Positions 36,386 to 45,308 of a DNA stretch of 64,000 nt are shown one piece after another. The position numbers and the translations under genes are program-made. Below the pieces are notes generated by a model that was given only the letters and a program-made list of their open reading frames with translations, was not told where the DNA came from and searched no databases. The stretch's first letter is position 1, and each line of letters begins with the position of its first letter. Origin of the DNA: a virus; IMG/VR virus record IMGVR_UViG_3300005077_000747, positions 23,944 to 87,943 of that record, one strand, 5' to 3'.

Positions 36386-36730
36386 TCAACCTTTGTTAGG
36401 CTTTCGAGGTAAAACGATTCGAGCTGATTTACCTACTTCGTCGCCTCCATTAAGCCGACGAAGTTTTCGTTCGTCAATCAGCTTCGATACCTTTTTACTC
36501 ACCTCGTGATAACTACACATTGGCAACTGGGCCGCAATTTGAGCGATGCTTACCCCTTTACGAAGCTTTTTAACTCCTCCGCCACAATTTGATACTTTAG
36601 GCGGACTCAGGGTTAAATAATGGACAATTCCCAGAATAGCCGCTTCAGGGATTTCAAGACCTGTGGGTCTTCCTCTGGTGGCACCTCGTAATGCGAGCTC
36701 ATAAATCTGCTCATCAATCTTATTAGACAT
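36386..36730 (-). CDS. hypothetical protein, possible HTH
   Basis: GVSIAQIAAQL. Confidence 0.4.
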   Translation of the reverse strand: MSNKIDEQIYELALRGATRGRPTGLEIPEAAILGIVHYLTLSPPKVSNCGGGVKKLRKGVSIAQIAAQLPMCSYHEVSKKVSKLIDERKLRRLNGGDEVGKSARIVLPRKPNKG

Positions 36731-36844
36731 TTCGTCTTCCTCCGACTCGAAGTAACATCGGTTGAAATAGTGTTAAAAGTTAACTTAAGTCTTCCGCGCA
36801 TATTCAACCTCCCAAGCGTAATGCTAGAGTCAATAGTTTCCATA

Positions 36845-37195
36845 TCAGTTATGATGTGTGTCTCTGGTGGGCAGGTAATGTCGACGAGTCCGACGGTCAA
36901 TAGGTTGATAACCTAGACAATCGACGCGTGAGTTACATGTACTACACTCACTGCGGGTCACGCAGAAATCAATGTCACATCGATTGCACCTTAGAATACA
37001 TCCATCAAAATTTCTTGGATGTAAATCAAAGGAACAAATTGGGCAAATTCTTCTTGGTCCGTCTCTCTTTCTGTTGAAACTCGACATACTCTGAATCCTC
37101 CAGGCACCAATAATGGTGATTTTTAGTATGTACAAGATATACCATGTTAACGTTGTTACTCTCCAATATCCTGAAGCCGAGAGTAAGGCAATCAA
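36845..37195 (-). CDS. small Zn-ribbon protein, CxxCxxR[LVI]xCL family
   Basis: CPICS...CNRC...CSTCNSRVDCLGYQPI. Confidence 0.55.
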   Translation of the reverse strand: MIALLSASGYWRVTTLTWYILYILKITIIGAWRIQSMSSFNRKRDGPRRICPICSFDLHPRNFDGCILRCNRCDIDFCVTRSECSTCNSRVDCLGYQPIDRRTRRHYLPTRDTHHN

Positions 37196-37373
37196 ATCTT
37201 TTATAGCACTTATGACATTTTCGTTGGTGGGGCTTAACTACGGCATTTCGGATGCAATAAGCCTCCCAAGAAACTTTACATTTAATAAAACGAGTCTTCT
37301 TTGGCTGGGTCTTTAAACTGTAGTAACACCACTTATCGCAGACAGGACATTTCCATTTTAAGAACCAAGCCAT
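37026..37373 (-). CDS. small Zn-ribbon protein, CxxCxxR[LVI]xCL family
   Basis: CPVCD...CHKCYKRFDCL. Confidence 0.5.
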   Translation of the reverse strand: MAWFLKWKCPVCDKWCYYSLKTQPKKTRFIKCKVSWEAYCIRNAVVKPHQRKCHKCYKRFDCLTLGFRILESNNVNMVYLVHTKNHHYWCLEDSEYVEFQQKERRTKKNLPNLFL

Positions 37374-37648
37374 TACTCATAGCACTTTCTTGATTGTGCC
37401 AAACATTTTAATCTATCCGGACAGTCATCACAGGTGAACGGCTCATCAGTATAAATTTCCTTCATTGTGTTTAAGTTAATAATCAACCAGTCTGCTTGCT
37501 GGTTGATCATATCGCAATCACACTCAAAGTGACCCCAATCTAAATCCCATGAAGGGAATAAGTGAGCACCTGTAGGTAACACATCTATTTGAGCACTATA
37601 AACACTTCGCAAATCCGTTTTACATGTACGACAAAGAAATCTAAACAC
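37373..37648 (-). CDS. small Zn-ribbon protein, CxxCxxR[LVI]xCL family
   Basis: CRTC...CDDCPDRLKCLAQS. Confidence 0.55.
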   Translation of the reverse strand: MFRFLCRTCKTDLRSVYSAQIDVLPTGAHLFPSWDLDWGHFECDCDMINQQADWLIINLNTMKEIYTDEPFTCDDCPDRLKCLAQSRKCYE

Positions 37649-37898
37649 GTCTCAACACTACTACATGGTGTATAGAACTTTTAATCATGCATTCAACCCT
37701 ATACCCGCAATCACTGCGGCATTTTGTGTAAACACATATATTGAAAGACGCGTTACATGCATAACAGTGTAATCGACGGACTGGCCTAATTTGCAAACTC
37801 ATGTGAGACATTTTACCCATACAAATGTAATAATCAATGTCATTGTGTGCTTTACATTCAGGGCATATAGCAACCTTTATACGATAAACTCGTTTCAT
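37641..37898 (-). CDS. small Zn-ribbon protein, family variant
   Basis: CPECK...CYAC...CRSDCGYRVECM. Confidence 0.5.
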   Translation of the reverse strand: MKRVYRIKVAICPECKAHNDIDYYICMGKMSHMSLQIRPVRRLHCYACNASFNICVYTKCRSDCGYRVECMIKSSIHHVVVLRRV

Positions 37899-37900
37899 AA

Positions 37901-38233
37901 CTAATCAATGAAGATCTGTGGGTATTCAAAGGCCCTCCTTGTAAACTTTCTTGTTCTATAGAGACGGTCTCGATACTTTATTACTACGATCTTCCGAAAG
38001 TTACTTACATACCAACCTAATATTTCAACGTGTGGATCTTTCTCGTCGATATCAACTTCCCACAATATTTGGTGGAGGAATTTTGCTTTCATTGTAGTGA
38101 CTTTAAAAGCCGGAGTGGTCTTTGTTAATGACACAGCTTCCGGGCTGACATCACCCACATCTAATTGTATAATACTATCTTCCGCCGTCTGCGTAAAAGT
38201 ACTATCCACAGGTCCTGTAGCCATCTTCATCAC
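37901..38233 (-). CDS. hypothetical protein
   Basis: Minus ORF 110 aa. Confidence 0.45.
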   Translation of the reverse strand: MMKMATGPVDSTFTQTAEDSIIQLDVGDVSPEAVSLTKTTPAFKVTTMKAKFLHQILWEVDIDEKDPHVEILGWYVSNFRKIVVIKYRDRLYRTRKFTRRAFEYPQIFID

Positions 38234-38475
38234 ACAAGCTCCTCAAGCTCTGCACATACATAAGGAACAGAATCAATATCCAAAGATGCCCCCAAGAACG
38301 CTACTCGATCGAATACTAAATAATACACCTGATCTAAATCATTGTGACAACGTTTCTTAGAGTAGACGACTTTAACTTCATCCACACAATGATTGGCTGT
38401 AACCCGTATGCCTCTTGGTTCGTTACATATTGGGCACACCCACCAATACCTATACTTATACTTTCTATCACTCAT
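38230..38475 (-). CDS. small Zn-ribbon protein (degenerate family tail)
   Basis: CPICN...VFDRVAFL. Confidence 0.45.
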   Translation of the reverse strand: MSDRKYKYRYWWVCPICNEPRGIRVTANHCVDEVKVVYSKKRCHNDLDQVYYLVFDRVAFLGASLDIDSVPYVCAELEELV

Positions 38476-38476
38476 T

Positions 38477-38683
38477 TTATGAAAACTCGATTAAGATACA
38501 TTGAAGTCGGTTCGGACACACTTTACAATAACCATCATCAAGCTCCAACTTCTTACCACACTCCAAACAAAAATAGATGTGCATGTGCTCGCACTTTTTA
38601 GACTGTGCATATGCGAGATACTTAGCCCCACATTTAGGGCATCTCAGATGGTAAATTGGGTGTGGCTGTATGAAAGTAAGCAC
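38477..38683 (-). CDS. small Zn-ribbon protein, CxxCxxR[LVI]xCL family
   Basis: CPKCG...CLECG...CKVCPNRLQCI; GTG start 12 nt after TATAAT (near-leaderless). Confidence 0.55.
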   Translation of the reverse strand: MLTFIQPHPIYHLRCPKCGAKYLAYAQSKKCEHMHIYFCLECGKKLELDDGYCKVCPNRLQCILIEFS

Positions 38684-38694
38684 TTTTTTATTTT

Positions 38695-38725
38695 TATTAT
38701 AAGTGCTCTTTGGGCTGAAAATAAA
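38695..38725 (-). promoter_or_regulatory. sigma70-type promoter (TTTATT-18-TATAAT) with AGCC..AGC spacer
   Basis: Minus-sense GCGTTTATTTTCAGCCCAAAGAGCACTTATAATAAAAATAAAAAA GTG. Confidence 0.5.
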
Positions 38726-38776
38726 CGCTGATTAAAATGGCTCCACAAAAAATCCATGCAGCCTAGGCTGAGAGTC

Positions 38777-39016
38777 CTACACAGAACCCTCAGCTAAGAC
38801 AATTGGCTGCAGTAGACAATCCACCGATAAAGCTTCACACTTACTACACCTTTCTAGCGTATCCACCCCCCTAAATATCCCTCCACACCATTTGCACCTG
38901 GTCTTACAAGTATAATTTTTAGCAGGATATTTGCCGCCACAATACTCGGCATCGAAGATCCTTTTGCAAAAAGGGCAAGTATAAAGCTCAGTCGAACAAA
39001 CTTCCATCGGCATCAA
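38777..39016 (-). CDS. small Zn-ribbon protein, CxxCxxR[LVI]xCL family
   Basis: CPFC...CKWCGG...CSKCEALSVDCLLQPIVL. Confidence 0.55.
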   Translation of the reverse strand: MMPMEVCSTELYTCPFCKRIFDAEYCGGKYPAKNYTCKTRCKWCGGIFRGVDTLERCSKCEALSVDCLLQPIVLAEGSV

Positions 39017-39245
39017 TCAACCTTGAAAATTTAATTCCGGTATTTCTATAAGACCTAGTCGTGTAATCAACTTCATAGACTTGGTCTTTCCATTCAAAGA
39101 ATGGGTACTTAGTTTCAAGAACGGTTTTGAAAAACCAGTCAATGTGATGCCAAACACCATAAGCCGGACGTAGCACTTCAACTGGTCTCACTTCTCGGAC
39201 CTCATAAATTTCATCTCCTATTAAATCAATTAAGGTCACAAACAT
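38988..39245 (-). CDS. hypothetical protein
   Basis: Minus ORF 85 aa. Confidence 0.4.
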   Translation of the reverse strand: MFVTLIDLIGDEIYEVREVRPVEVLRPAYGVWHHIDWFFKTVLETKYPFFEWKDQVYEVDYTTRSYRNTGIKFSRLIDADGSLFD

Positions 39246-39763
39246 TAATGTAGGACCCTATCCGAAGATAATGCTGTTTCGGTGAATCGATCATAAGTAG
39301 GAGTATTGAGCTCCACTAGGTCTCCAAAAATAATTTGACCCCCCTCATCGCGGGTGAATGGTTGCATTAAGCATTTTGACCCAGATAAAGTGTGACCTTG
39401 AACTGAAATGGCTTCACGCCTATCTAACTGCTCATTAACAGACCCTTCCAACCCTTTAAAACCCTTCAAGTCTTTCAGGTCCTTTGTCGTGAACCAAACC
39501 TTAGAAACCATGATTACCGCAAAGGCTTTCATCTGGCGGCATGCAAACTTTAACACCTCCGCAAAAAGTGCCTTCTCATCATCATTTGTGTATGGCATCG
39601 GCATCACACCTACTGCGTGTTTCTTTCCCTCCATACCTGGGCCAAACAAGAATGCCATTGGTAAAAGTGCTCCATCCTTGGAGAATACATGCTTCGCTCG
39701 ATCAAGCGCCGATTGCATGATCAATCCTAAATCCTCATCAGTCATCATCTTCACAACCTCCAA
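39245..39763 (-). CDS. hypothetical protein
   Basis: Minus ORF 172 aa. Confidence 0.5.
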   Translation of the reverse strand: MEVVKMMTDEDLGLIMQSALDRAKHVFSKDGALLPMAFLFGPGMEGKKHAVGVMPMPYTNDDEKALFAEVLKFACRQMKAFAVIMVSKVWFTTKDLKDLKGFKGLEGSVNEQLDRREAISVQGHTLSGSKCLMQPFTRDEGGQIIFGDLVELNTPTYDRFTETALSSDRVLH

Positions 39764-39804
39764 TAAAGTTTATCCCATAAATTCCCTCACAGCATTAACT
39801 TGTG

Positions 39805-40116
39805 CTACTTAACCCTCCCATCATTTTTATTTAACCATGCCTCAACATTAAAGACGAGACTAAAATCACGCGCAGGTAGTTTAGCGATCACGTCCCACTT
39901 AAATCGCTGGTAGTATTGAGTGGCGACTTCTTCAGGAAAGCACTCCAATAAAACTGCGAGCGCAAGTTGAGCAGGGCCTGACCCACCGTAAGACCAACTA
40001 AATCCAGTTGGACTATGGTTGTAGACCTTCAAACTCTTTCGAGGATTTAAGGGAAATCCATTCAATTTGACTTTTCCGGATTTCCAGTCGCCTTCCAATA
40101 CTATTACCCTACTCAT
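39805..40116 (-). CDS. hypothetical protein
   Basis: Minus ORF 103 aa. Confidence 0.45.
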   Translation of the reverse strand: MSRVIVLEGDWKSGKVKLNGFPLNPRKSLKVYNHSPTGFSWSYGGSGPAQLALAVLLECFPEEVATQYYQRFKWDVIAKLPARDFSLVFNVEAWLNKNDGRVK

Positions 40117-40366
40117 CTCCAGCTAACCACTTTTCAACCACCTCCCGAGATCCATAGCACTTAACAGATAAGTCATCCCAAATGGCTCGGCACAACTCCG
40201 GAAGTGCAGCAAGATTTTCACTATCGGCCCGAAGAATTGCCCCAATGAGGTCGTTTTCAAGAACCGACCTTAAAAACGACCCAGGCGCAACTCGGTGAAC
40301 GAGATACCTTTCAAGAGCCTCTACCGTTCTAGGAGGGACATTAGCCCAACGTTGACTATTAGCCAT
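40109..40366 (-). CDS. hypothetical protein
   Basis: Minus ORF 85 aa. Confidence 0.45.
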   Translation of the reverse strand: MANSQRWANVPPRTVEALERYLVHRVAPGSFLRSVLENDLIGAILRADSENLAALPELCRAIWDDLSVKCYGSREVVEKWLAGDE

Positions 40367-40516
40367 ATCACACCCCTAAGTAAGAGTTATTATGGTAGAA
40401 TACCACTTAGCGCTCATGTAGGCATTATACCCGATGTAGATAATACTCCAGGCAAAAATTGCAGCCGCAATCCACACGCCCACTCTTCTCCGAGTAATTT
40501 GCATAGTTATCACCCC

Positions 40517-40720
40517 CTATTTACCGAAAACGTTATTTTGGCATTGTTGGCATAACCCCGAGATGGTATACTCCTTACGGGATAACTCATCATCAAACTC
40601 CAGGGCATCCCCACCACATTCAACGCACTTGTTCGACCTGATTACTTCTCGGCGGTCGATCCCAAAAAAGTCTTTGATAAACCTTTCCATATCTAAGGAC
40701 TTGTCCGAAGGTGTTGCCAT
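40517..40720 (-). CDS. small Zn-ribbon protein
   Basis: CVECGG...CQQCQ. Confidence 0.45.
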   Translation of the reverse strand: MATPSDKSLDMERFIKDFFGIDRREVIRSNKCVECGGDALEFDDELSRKEYTISGLCQQCQNNVFGK

Positions 40721-41022
40721 CCCACTGCCTCCAATCTATATTTCGTTAAACACTCAATTCCTCTATGCCGGCATGTAACGCAGTTATCGGGCTTGAATAT
40801 AATACAGTAGGCCATCTTGCAGAACATGCACGACGCAGATCTAAACCCCATATTCTTGCCATCCGAAACCGAGAAGAAAATTTCTTGTCCACACCCTTTA
40901 CACTGATAAGGCCCGAATAGCAGGAAGCGGAGTGTAATGGCGAACCTGCTTTTCTTGTCAAGCTTCCAAAAATAAACCTTTTCAAGAGTGGAGGGCTTAA
41001 AGACCGGAGTTTCCTCTTCCAT
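40693..41022 (-). CDS. small Zn-ribbon protein, CxxCxxR[LVI]xCL family
   Basis: CKGCG...CMFC...CVTCRHRGIECL. Confidence 0.55.
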   Translation of the reverse strand: MEEETPVFKPSTLEKVYFWKLDKKSRFAITLRFLLFGPYQCKGCGQEIFFSVSDGKNMGFRSASCMFCKMAYCIIFKPDNCVTCRHRGIECLTKYRLEAVGWQHLRTSP

Positions 41023-41211
41023 GTATTTCCTAACGTTTCTGCTGTGGCTAAGAACGAAAGTTCTTCCACAAAATTTTGGGGTTCTTTAAGGGTCGCTCGA
41101 ACGAGCCGGTACGAAAGGCAAGCAAATCTTTTTAGAATAATACGTGGGGGGTCTGCTACATTATGTAGCAAGACAGCTTGAAAGATTTCGTCGTCACTTA
41201 ACATTGAAACC

Positions 41212-41439
41212 TCAATGTAATTTAGGAGAATCAGATGGTTGATCCTCGTCACTAGTCCCCTGAATAACTTTGAACCATTTTATATACTTATCATTCATGT
41301 CTTCAAGCTTTCGAATCACGTCTTGTTGTAATGCGATTATGGTTTGTTGGCTCCTCCAATTAAGAAACACCTTGTAGAGAACGTATAGAAGGAACCCGAC
41401 AATACAATGCAAAAATCCTAGGTAAATATTGTATATCAT
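41212..41439 (-). CDS. small membrane protein (N-terminal TM)
   Basis: IYLGFLHCIVGFLLYVLYKVF. Confidence 0.45.
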   Translation of the reverse strand: MIYNIYLGFLHCIVGFLLYVLYKVFLNWRSQQTIIALQQDVIRKLEDMNDKYIKWFKVIQGTSDEDQPSDSPKLH

Positions 41440-41445
41440 GAAAGG

Positions 41446-41468
41446 TTGGGGGAGCTTGACTCCCCCAA
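41446..41468 (-). terminator. GC-rich hairpin immediately after stop of AAA+ gene (putative terminator/attenuator)
   Basis: TTGGGGGAG-cttga-CTCCCCCAA, followed on minus strand by TTTC. Confidence 0.4.
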
Positions 41469-41472
41469 TCCC

Positions 41473-43314
41473 CTACAGTGAGATGCGCTTTGCAGCGGCT
41501 TTCTTCTCAGCGGCTTTCTTCTCCGCCGCAGCAGCTTCACCGCTACCGTTATTGGCCTTCGCAACGATTTTAAGCATAGAAGCGCCCAGCTCTTCTTCCG
41601 GAGACTTGGCTTTATCCCGCGGCCTATTGAGAAGTTCCAGGTGCTCCACCATGCCCTCAGCGGCTGACGTGAGGTCTTTTCCCGTCAAAGAAATGTTCGC
41701 AGAACCACTGCGCTTGATAGCGTACAGCTTGCTGCGCTCCACCACTTCACGAATCGTTGCCGGGATTTGACCTTTAAGGGCTCTACCCACTTCACGGAGA
41801 TCTTCTTCAGGGTCAAGCAACTGCCGAGAATAAACCCGAATAAGTCTCTGGACCGCTTCTTCATCCGGAGCTCTCAAAGAAATTACAGCATCGAGCCGGC
41901 CTGGGCGAAGCATTGCGGGGTTGATACCCTCAACGTTGTTAGTAGTCAAAATGGTGATAACTTCTACGCCCTTCCCCGCGACACCATCAATGGTATTCAA
42001 AATAGTATCCATGGACGTATTCCGCTCACCGCTCATAGCACGGTCGATATCTTCCGCGAAAACCATTACCGGCTGATAAAGACGAGCAAAATCCAACGCT
42101 GCCCGAAGAGCCACAACGTTGTCAACAATGATGAAAGTCCAATCATTGTCTTCGCAGGTCTGAGCAGCAGCAGTGGCCGTCAAAGTTTTGCCGGTGCCGA
42201 AGGGGCCTTCGAGCAGGATCCCACGACTTAGGGGGATATTGTTTGCCCGACATGCGTGAGTATGCCGAACAGGCGTAAAGATATTGGTTTCAATCTGCTC
42301 TTCCAGGTTGCGGTTAAAGACGAGGTCTTTAAGGTTCACCGTTCTGGTATTAATGAATTCAGGGGGCCGGCCATAATCGACATCCCTATTCTCATCGGAG
42401 AAGATCCGAAAAGCTTTCCCGCGATAGATGGATCTTTGCTTGACGTATTGCCGAGTTAATTCAGCCAACGCCTTAACTTCAGGGTGATGTTTCCGTCTCA
42501 CCCAACCACCGAGACAAAAGATCTGGCGGCCATCTTTCCGGGAAGTTTCGCAGGCGAGCTCGCCTTCAATTCCGGGGATTTTAAAATTGCCCCAGATAAT
42601 TTCGGCACGCTCTTCAAACCCGACATCGATAGTGATAACCCGCGGCTCTGAACCAGGATCAAAGAAGCCCTTTGGAGGGGACTTAACTGCTTGCCCCCAA
42701 CCAAACATATCACTCATAGCCATGAAGAAGCAATAAGCTCCATCCCATGGGAATGCTTCAATAGGTTCAACAACCTCTACCGCAGTCTCATCTTCTTCGA
42801 GCTGAGCCTGGAGGGTATCAATTGCTTGCCGCAACGGCATCCTTGCCGGTTCTGCGGGAAGCACCATTTTTTTACCCGCAAACTCAACGCCCACCTTAAT
42901 CCCTTTAAATGGATTTTTCTTCTTTATCAATCCGCCTTCCTCCTCTGTGTCAAATTCTTCGCGATCAACGGCCATCGAACCTCCCGCACTTTTATATTCC
43001 CCAGATGCATACTTCCCGCTCTCCTTGTATGTCGGGCACGTCCATCTAGGTTCAAATTGATACCAACGGCGGCGGCCAGTTTTTATCATCACCTCGTGAG
43101 GTGGTTCACATTGAACTTTACCCCTTTGGCAATAACTACATTCTCCGCACGGAGTCTTAGTACCTACCGCCTCAAACCGCCCGCAATTATCATCCACTTG
43201 TGGGCAGATAGTGTCACTAAATTTGCATTTAGGATCACATTCATCTCCCTCATTGAACTTGCACTGCGAGCACAGCGTTAAACTCCTCCTTTGCTCAGAC
43301 ATCGCCCTCCTCAT
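41473..43314 (-). CDS. AAA+ ATPase (classic AAA clade) with Cys-rich N-terminal region
   Basis: Walker A GPFGTGKT, Walker B VMVFAEDID, SRH TTNNVEGINPAMLRPGRLD; N-terminal C-x2-C/C-x3-C clusters; C-terminal AAAEKKAAEKKAAAK tail. Confidence 0.75.
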   Translation of the reverse strand: MRRAMSEQRRSLTLCSQCKFNEGDECDPKCKFSDTICPQVDDNCGRFEAVGTKTPCGECSYCQRGKVQCEPPHEVMIKTGRRRWYQFEPRWTCPTYKESGKYASGEYKSAGGSMAVDREEFDTEEEGGLIKKKNPFKGIKVGVEFAGKKMVLPAEPARMPLRQAIDTLQAQLEEDETAVEVVEPIEAFPWDGAYCFFMAMSDMFGWGQAVKSPPKGFFDPGSEPRVITIDVGFEERAEIIWGNFKIPGIEGELACETSRKDGRQIFCLGGWVRRKHHPEVKALAELTRQYVKQRSIYRGKAFRIFSDENRDVDYGRPPEFINTRTVNLKDLVFNRNLEEQIETNIFTPVRHTHACRANNIPLSRGILLEGPFGTGKTLTATAAAQTCEDNDWTFIIVDNVVALRAALDFARLYQPVMVFAEDIDRAMSGERNTSMDTILNTIDGVAGKGVEVITILTTNNVEGINPAMLRPGRLDAVISLRAPDEEAVQRLIRVYSRQLLDPEEDLREVGRALKGQIPATIREVVERSKLYAIKRSGSANISLTGKDLTSAAEGMVEHLELLNRPRDKAKSPEEELGASMLKIVAKANNGSGEAAAAEKKAAEKKAAAKRISL

Positions 43315-43352
43315 TTTTGTGTATTAAAAAGAAAAAGCCCTAACGGGTACCA

Positions 43353-43859
43353 TTACTTTCTTGAAGAATTTACCAAGAAGGCCACCATATTTGCTAGCCC
43401 TGCTTGAGCTTTTGGGTGTAGATGTGTTTCAGGGTGCCTCAAATGAATTCTTTTGTTTTTCTCGAGCGCATCGATGATCATAACGATCATCCCAATAATA
43501 TGGCACACCCCATCTCCAGATATCCTCAACTCACTAACCGTTTTCGGCATCCGGACATTCTGGCCTTTAAAAACTAAATCAAATAACTCTACTGCCCCTA
43601 TTGTATGCAAGGCATCCAACTCAGCCTGGATCAACTTTCTGGAAACATCTAAAGTTTCCGGAGACCCGATTTCTACTGCATCTGGAATGGTGATTTTTTG
43701 CCAAATGCCATCCGATGGAACCAAGATTGTGAGCGGCTTTACTGCAACACAAACCTTTTCATCTCCCACCATCACAACATGGTGGTCATCGGAGTCTGCA
43801 AGGCACTCTAGCCTCTTATCACAAGTTTCACATAACTCCTGCACTTCAGGGCTATCCAT
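43353..43859 (-). CDS. protein with N-terminal CxxCxxR[LVI]xCL motif + larger C-terminal domain
   Basis: MDSPEVQELCETCDKRLECLADSDDHH... Confidence 0.5.
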   Translation of the reverse strand: MDSPEVQELCETCDKRLECLADSDDHHVVMVGDEKVCVAVKPLTILVPSDGIWQKITIPDAVEIGSPETLDVSRKLIQAELDALHTIGAVELFDLVFKGQNVRMPKTVSELRISGDGVCHIIGMIVMIIDALEKNKRIHLRHPETHLHPKAQAGLANMVAFLVNSSRK

Positions 43860-43895
43860 CGTCCCACCTGCAAAATAATGTTTTATTTTTGATTA

Positions 43896-43927
43896 TATTA
43901 TAATGGCTCAAAAGGCTAAAAATCAAG
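43896..43927 (-). promoter_or_regulatory. sigma70-type promoter (TTGATT-18-TATAAT) with AGCC..AGCCAT spacer
   Basis: Minus-sense GCCTTGATTTTTAGCCTTTTGAGCCATTATAATAT. Confidence 0.55.
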
Positions 43928-43952
43928 GCAAAATAAAATGGCTTTTAAAAAT

Positions 43953-44477
43953 TTATGAGTCACCCTCTCCCCTCCAAATCCACCTTGCGGGTAAATTGAA
44001 CGCATTTAAAAATCGTTCAAATTTCTCCGTCCCCAGTTCAAGTATATTTGTTGCAAGACAATCCACCTTGTGGTAGCAAGATCCAGTCATTCCAATACAA
44101 TATCTAGTAACAATCATTTTACTGCCACATTCGAGGCACTGAATCCTTAAACAGGCTGCCTCGCCTGTCTTTAACTCTACCGGCCCATTCTTCGCGGAAC
44201 CACTAAATAGTATTACTTCATCTATTCTAGCATATGGATGTGGGACTGATGTTTTAGTTACAAATTTCCAGGACCACTGTTTGAATTTGCTTCCGTTCAC
44301 ATTATCACAGGAACAGGTGAAGAACTGGGGCGCAAACTTAAACTTGCCCAGAAATTTATCCGCAATATCGGCCTGATCCAGAAACGTGCCAAGATACGAT
44401 TCAAAAGTTTTCTCTATCCATCGATCTCGAATCTCCTCATGCTCTGGCCGGAGAATATATCCACCTGGTAAAATCAT
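43953..44477 (-). CDS. Zn-ribbon family protein
   Basis: CLRIQCLECG...CYHKVDCL. Confidence 0.5.
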   Translation of the reverse strand: MILPGGYILRPEHEEIRDRWIEKTFESYLGTFLDQADIADKFLGKFKFAPQFFTCSCDNVNGSKFKQWSWKFVTKTSVPHPYARIDEVILFSGSAKNGPVELKTGEAACLRIQCLECGSKMIVTRYCIGMTGSCYHKVDCLATNILELGTEKFERFLNAFNLPARWIWRGEGDS

Positions 44478-44728
44478 TTCCTACGTCCTTCCAAATCTAT
44501 ACCGTGCAACAGAAAATGAGAACATTCTGGGCATCGGTATTTGTTAAAGTAATAACATGTTGTACTAATAAGGCACGTGATCCGCCGACTGCACTTCTCA
44601 CAATCATCTTTCTGCATGTCAAGAATGCAGAAAGAACACTTGCTGTCCCGGCGGGTATTAGCCCTCGGCTTAGGAGGCTTAGGGGGCTTAGGTAACTTAA
44701 TCTTTTTTTGCCTGCCCATTACGATCAC
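44474..44728 (-). CDS. small Zn-ribbon protein, CxxCxxR[LVI]xCL family
   Basis: CSFC...CEKCSRRITCL...CPECS. Confidence 0.55.
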   Translation of the reverse strand: MIVMGRQKKIKLPKPPKPPKPRANTRRDSKCSFCILDMQKDDCEKCSRRITCLISTTCYYFNKYRCPECSHFLLHGIDLEGRRK

Positions 44729-44949
44729 CTAGGAATGGTAAACTTAAGAACCTCAGTTGGTAACCAACCCCCCTCAATATCCCACACCATTTCACGAGAC
44801 CATACAGTCTGAGTAGACATATGGATCCCGCCTACTTCCTGAATAGAATTTAGATCGACGTAGTATTCTTTCCCCAACTCAATATCCCCGTGAAAGTTTA
44901 TCAAGCCATCCTTGGTACTCGTTTTAACTAAAACAGCTTTTACGATCAT
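44725..44949 (-). CDS. hypothetical protein
   Basis: Minus ORF 74 aa. Confidence 0.4.
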   Translation of the reverse strand: MIVKAVLVKTSTKDGLINFHGDIELGKEYYVDLNSIQEVGGIHMSTQTVWSREMVWDIEGGWLPTEVLKFTIPR

Positions 44950-45308
44950 GGCACAATCCTCTCACTCCACTTAGAATGAATTCGTAACACTCTGGCCTTA
45001 ATTTTATCTAGGTCTAATGGCTCTCGAGGCTTCTTAATCCTGATAGCAGGGTGCAATCCATCACTTATTACATACACCTCACTAATGGATGGACGCAACC
45101 ACTTAGATAAAAAGCTGATTGTAGTAGTCAAGCTAATCGGCTCCTTATGGCTTCGAGCCACACACCTAGTGACGTGGTATGTCCAACTGGGCACTTTACC
45201 AATATCATCACTAAATAAAACCCCCCAGCTTTCCACCTCACCAAGATTTTGGCGTACAATACTCGCAGCGGCGAATCTTCTTGCCATCATCGACCCTCCT
45301 TCGTACAA
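44946..45308 (-). CDS. hypothetical protein
   Basis: Minus ORF 120 aa. Confidence 0.45.
   Translation of the reverse strand: MYEGGSMMARRFAAASIVRQNLGEVESWGVLFSDDIGKVPSWTYHVTRCVARSHKEPISLTTTISFLSKWLRPSISEVYVISDGLHPAIRIKKPREPLDLDKIKARVLRIHSKWSERIVP

Noticed and set aside
40746-41252. 168-aa minus ORF overlapping the family gene 40693..41022 in another frame
   Set aside because: Low-complexity S/L/R-rich composition typical of an off-frame reading; the overlapping family member has the conserved motif.
42691-43281. 196-aa plus-strand ORF
   Set aside because: Antisense to the AAA+ ATPase gene, with no independent support.
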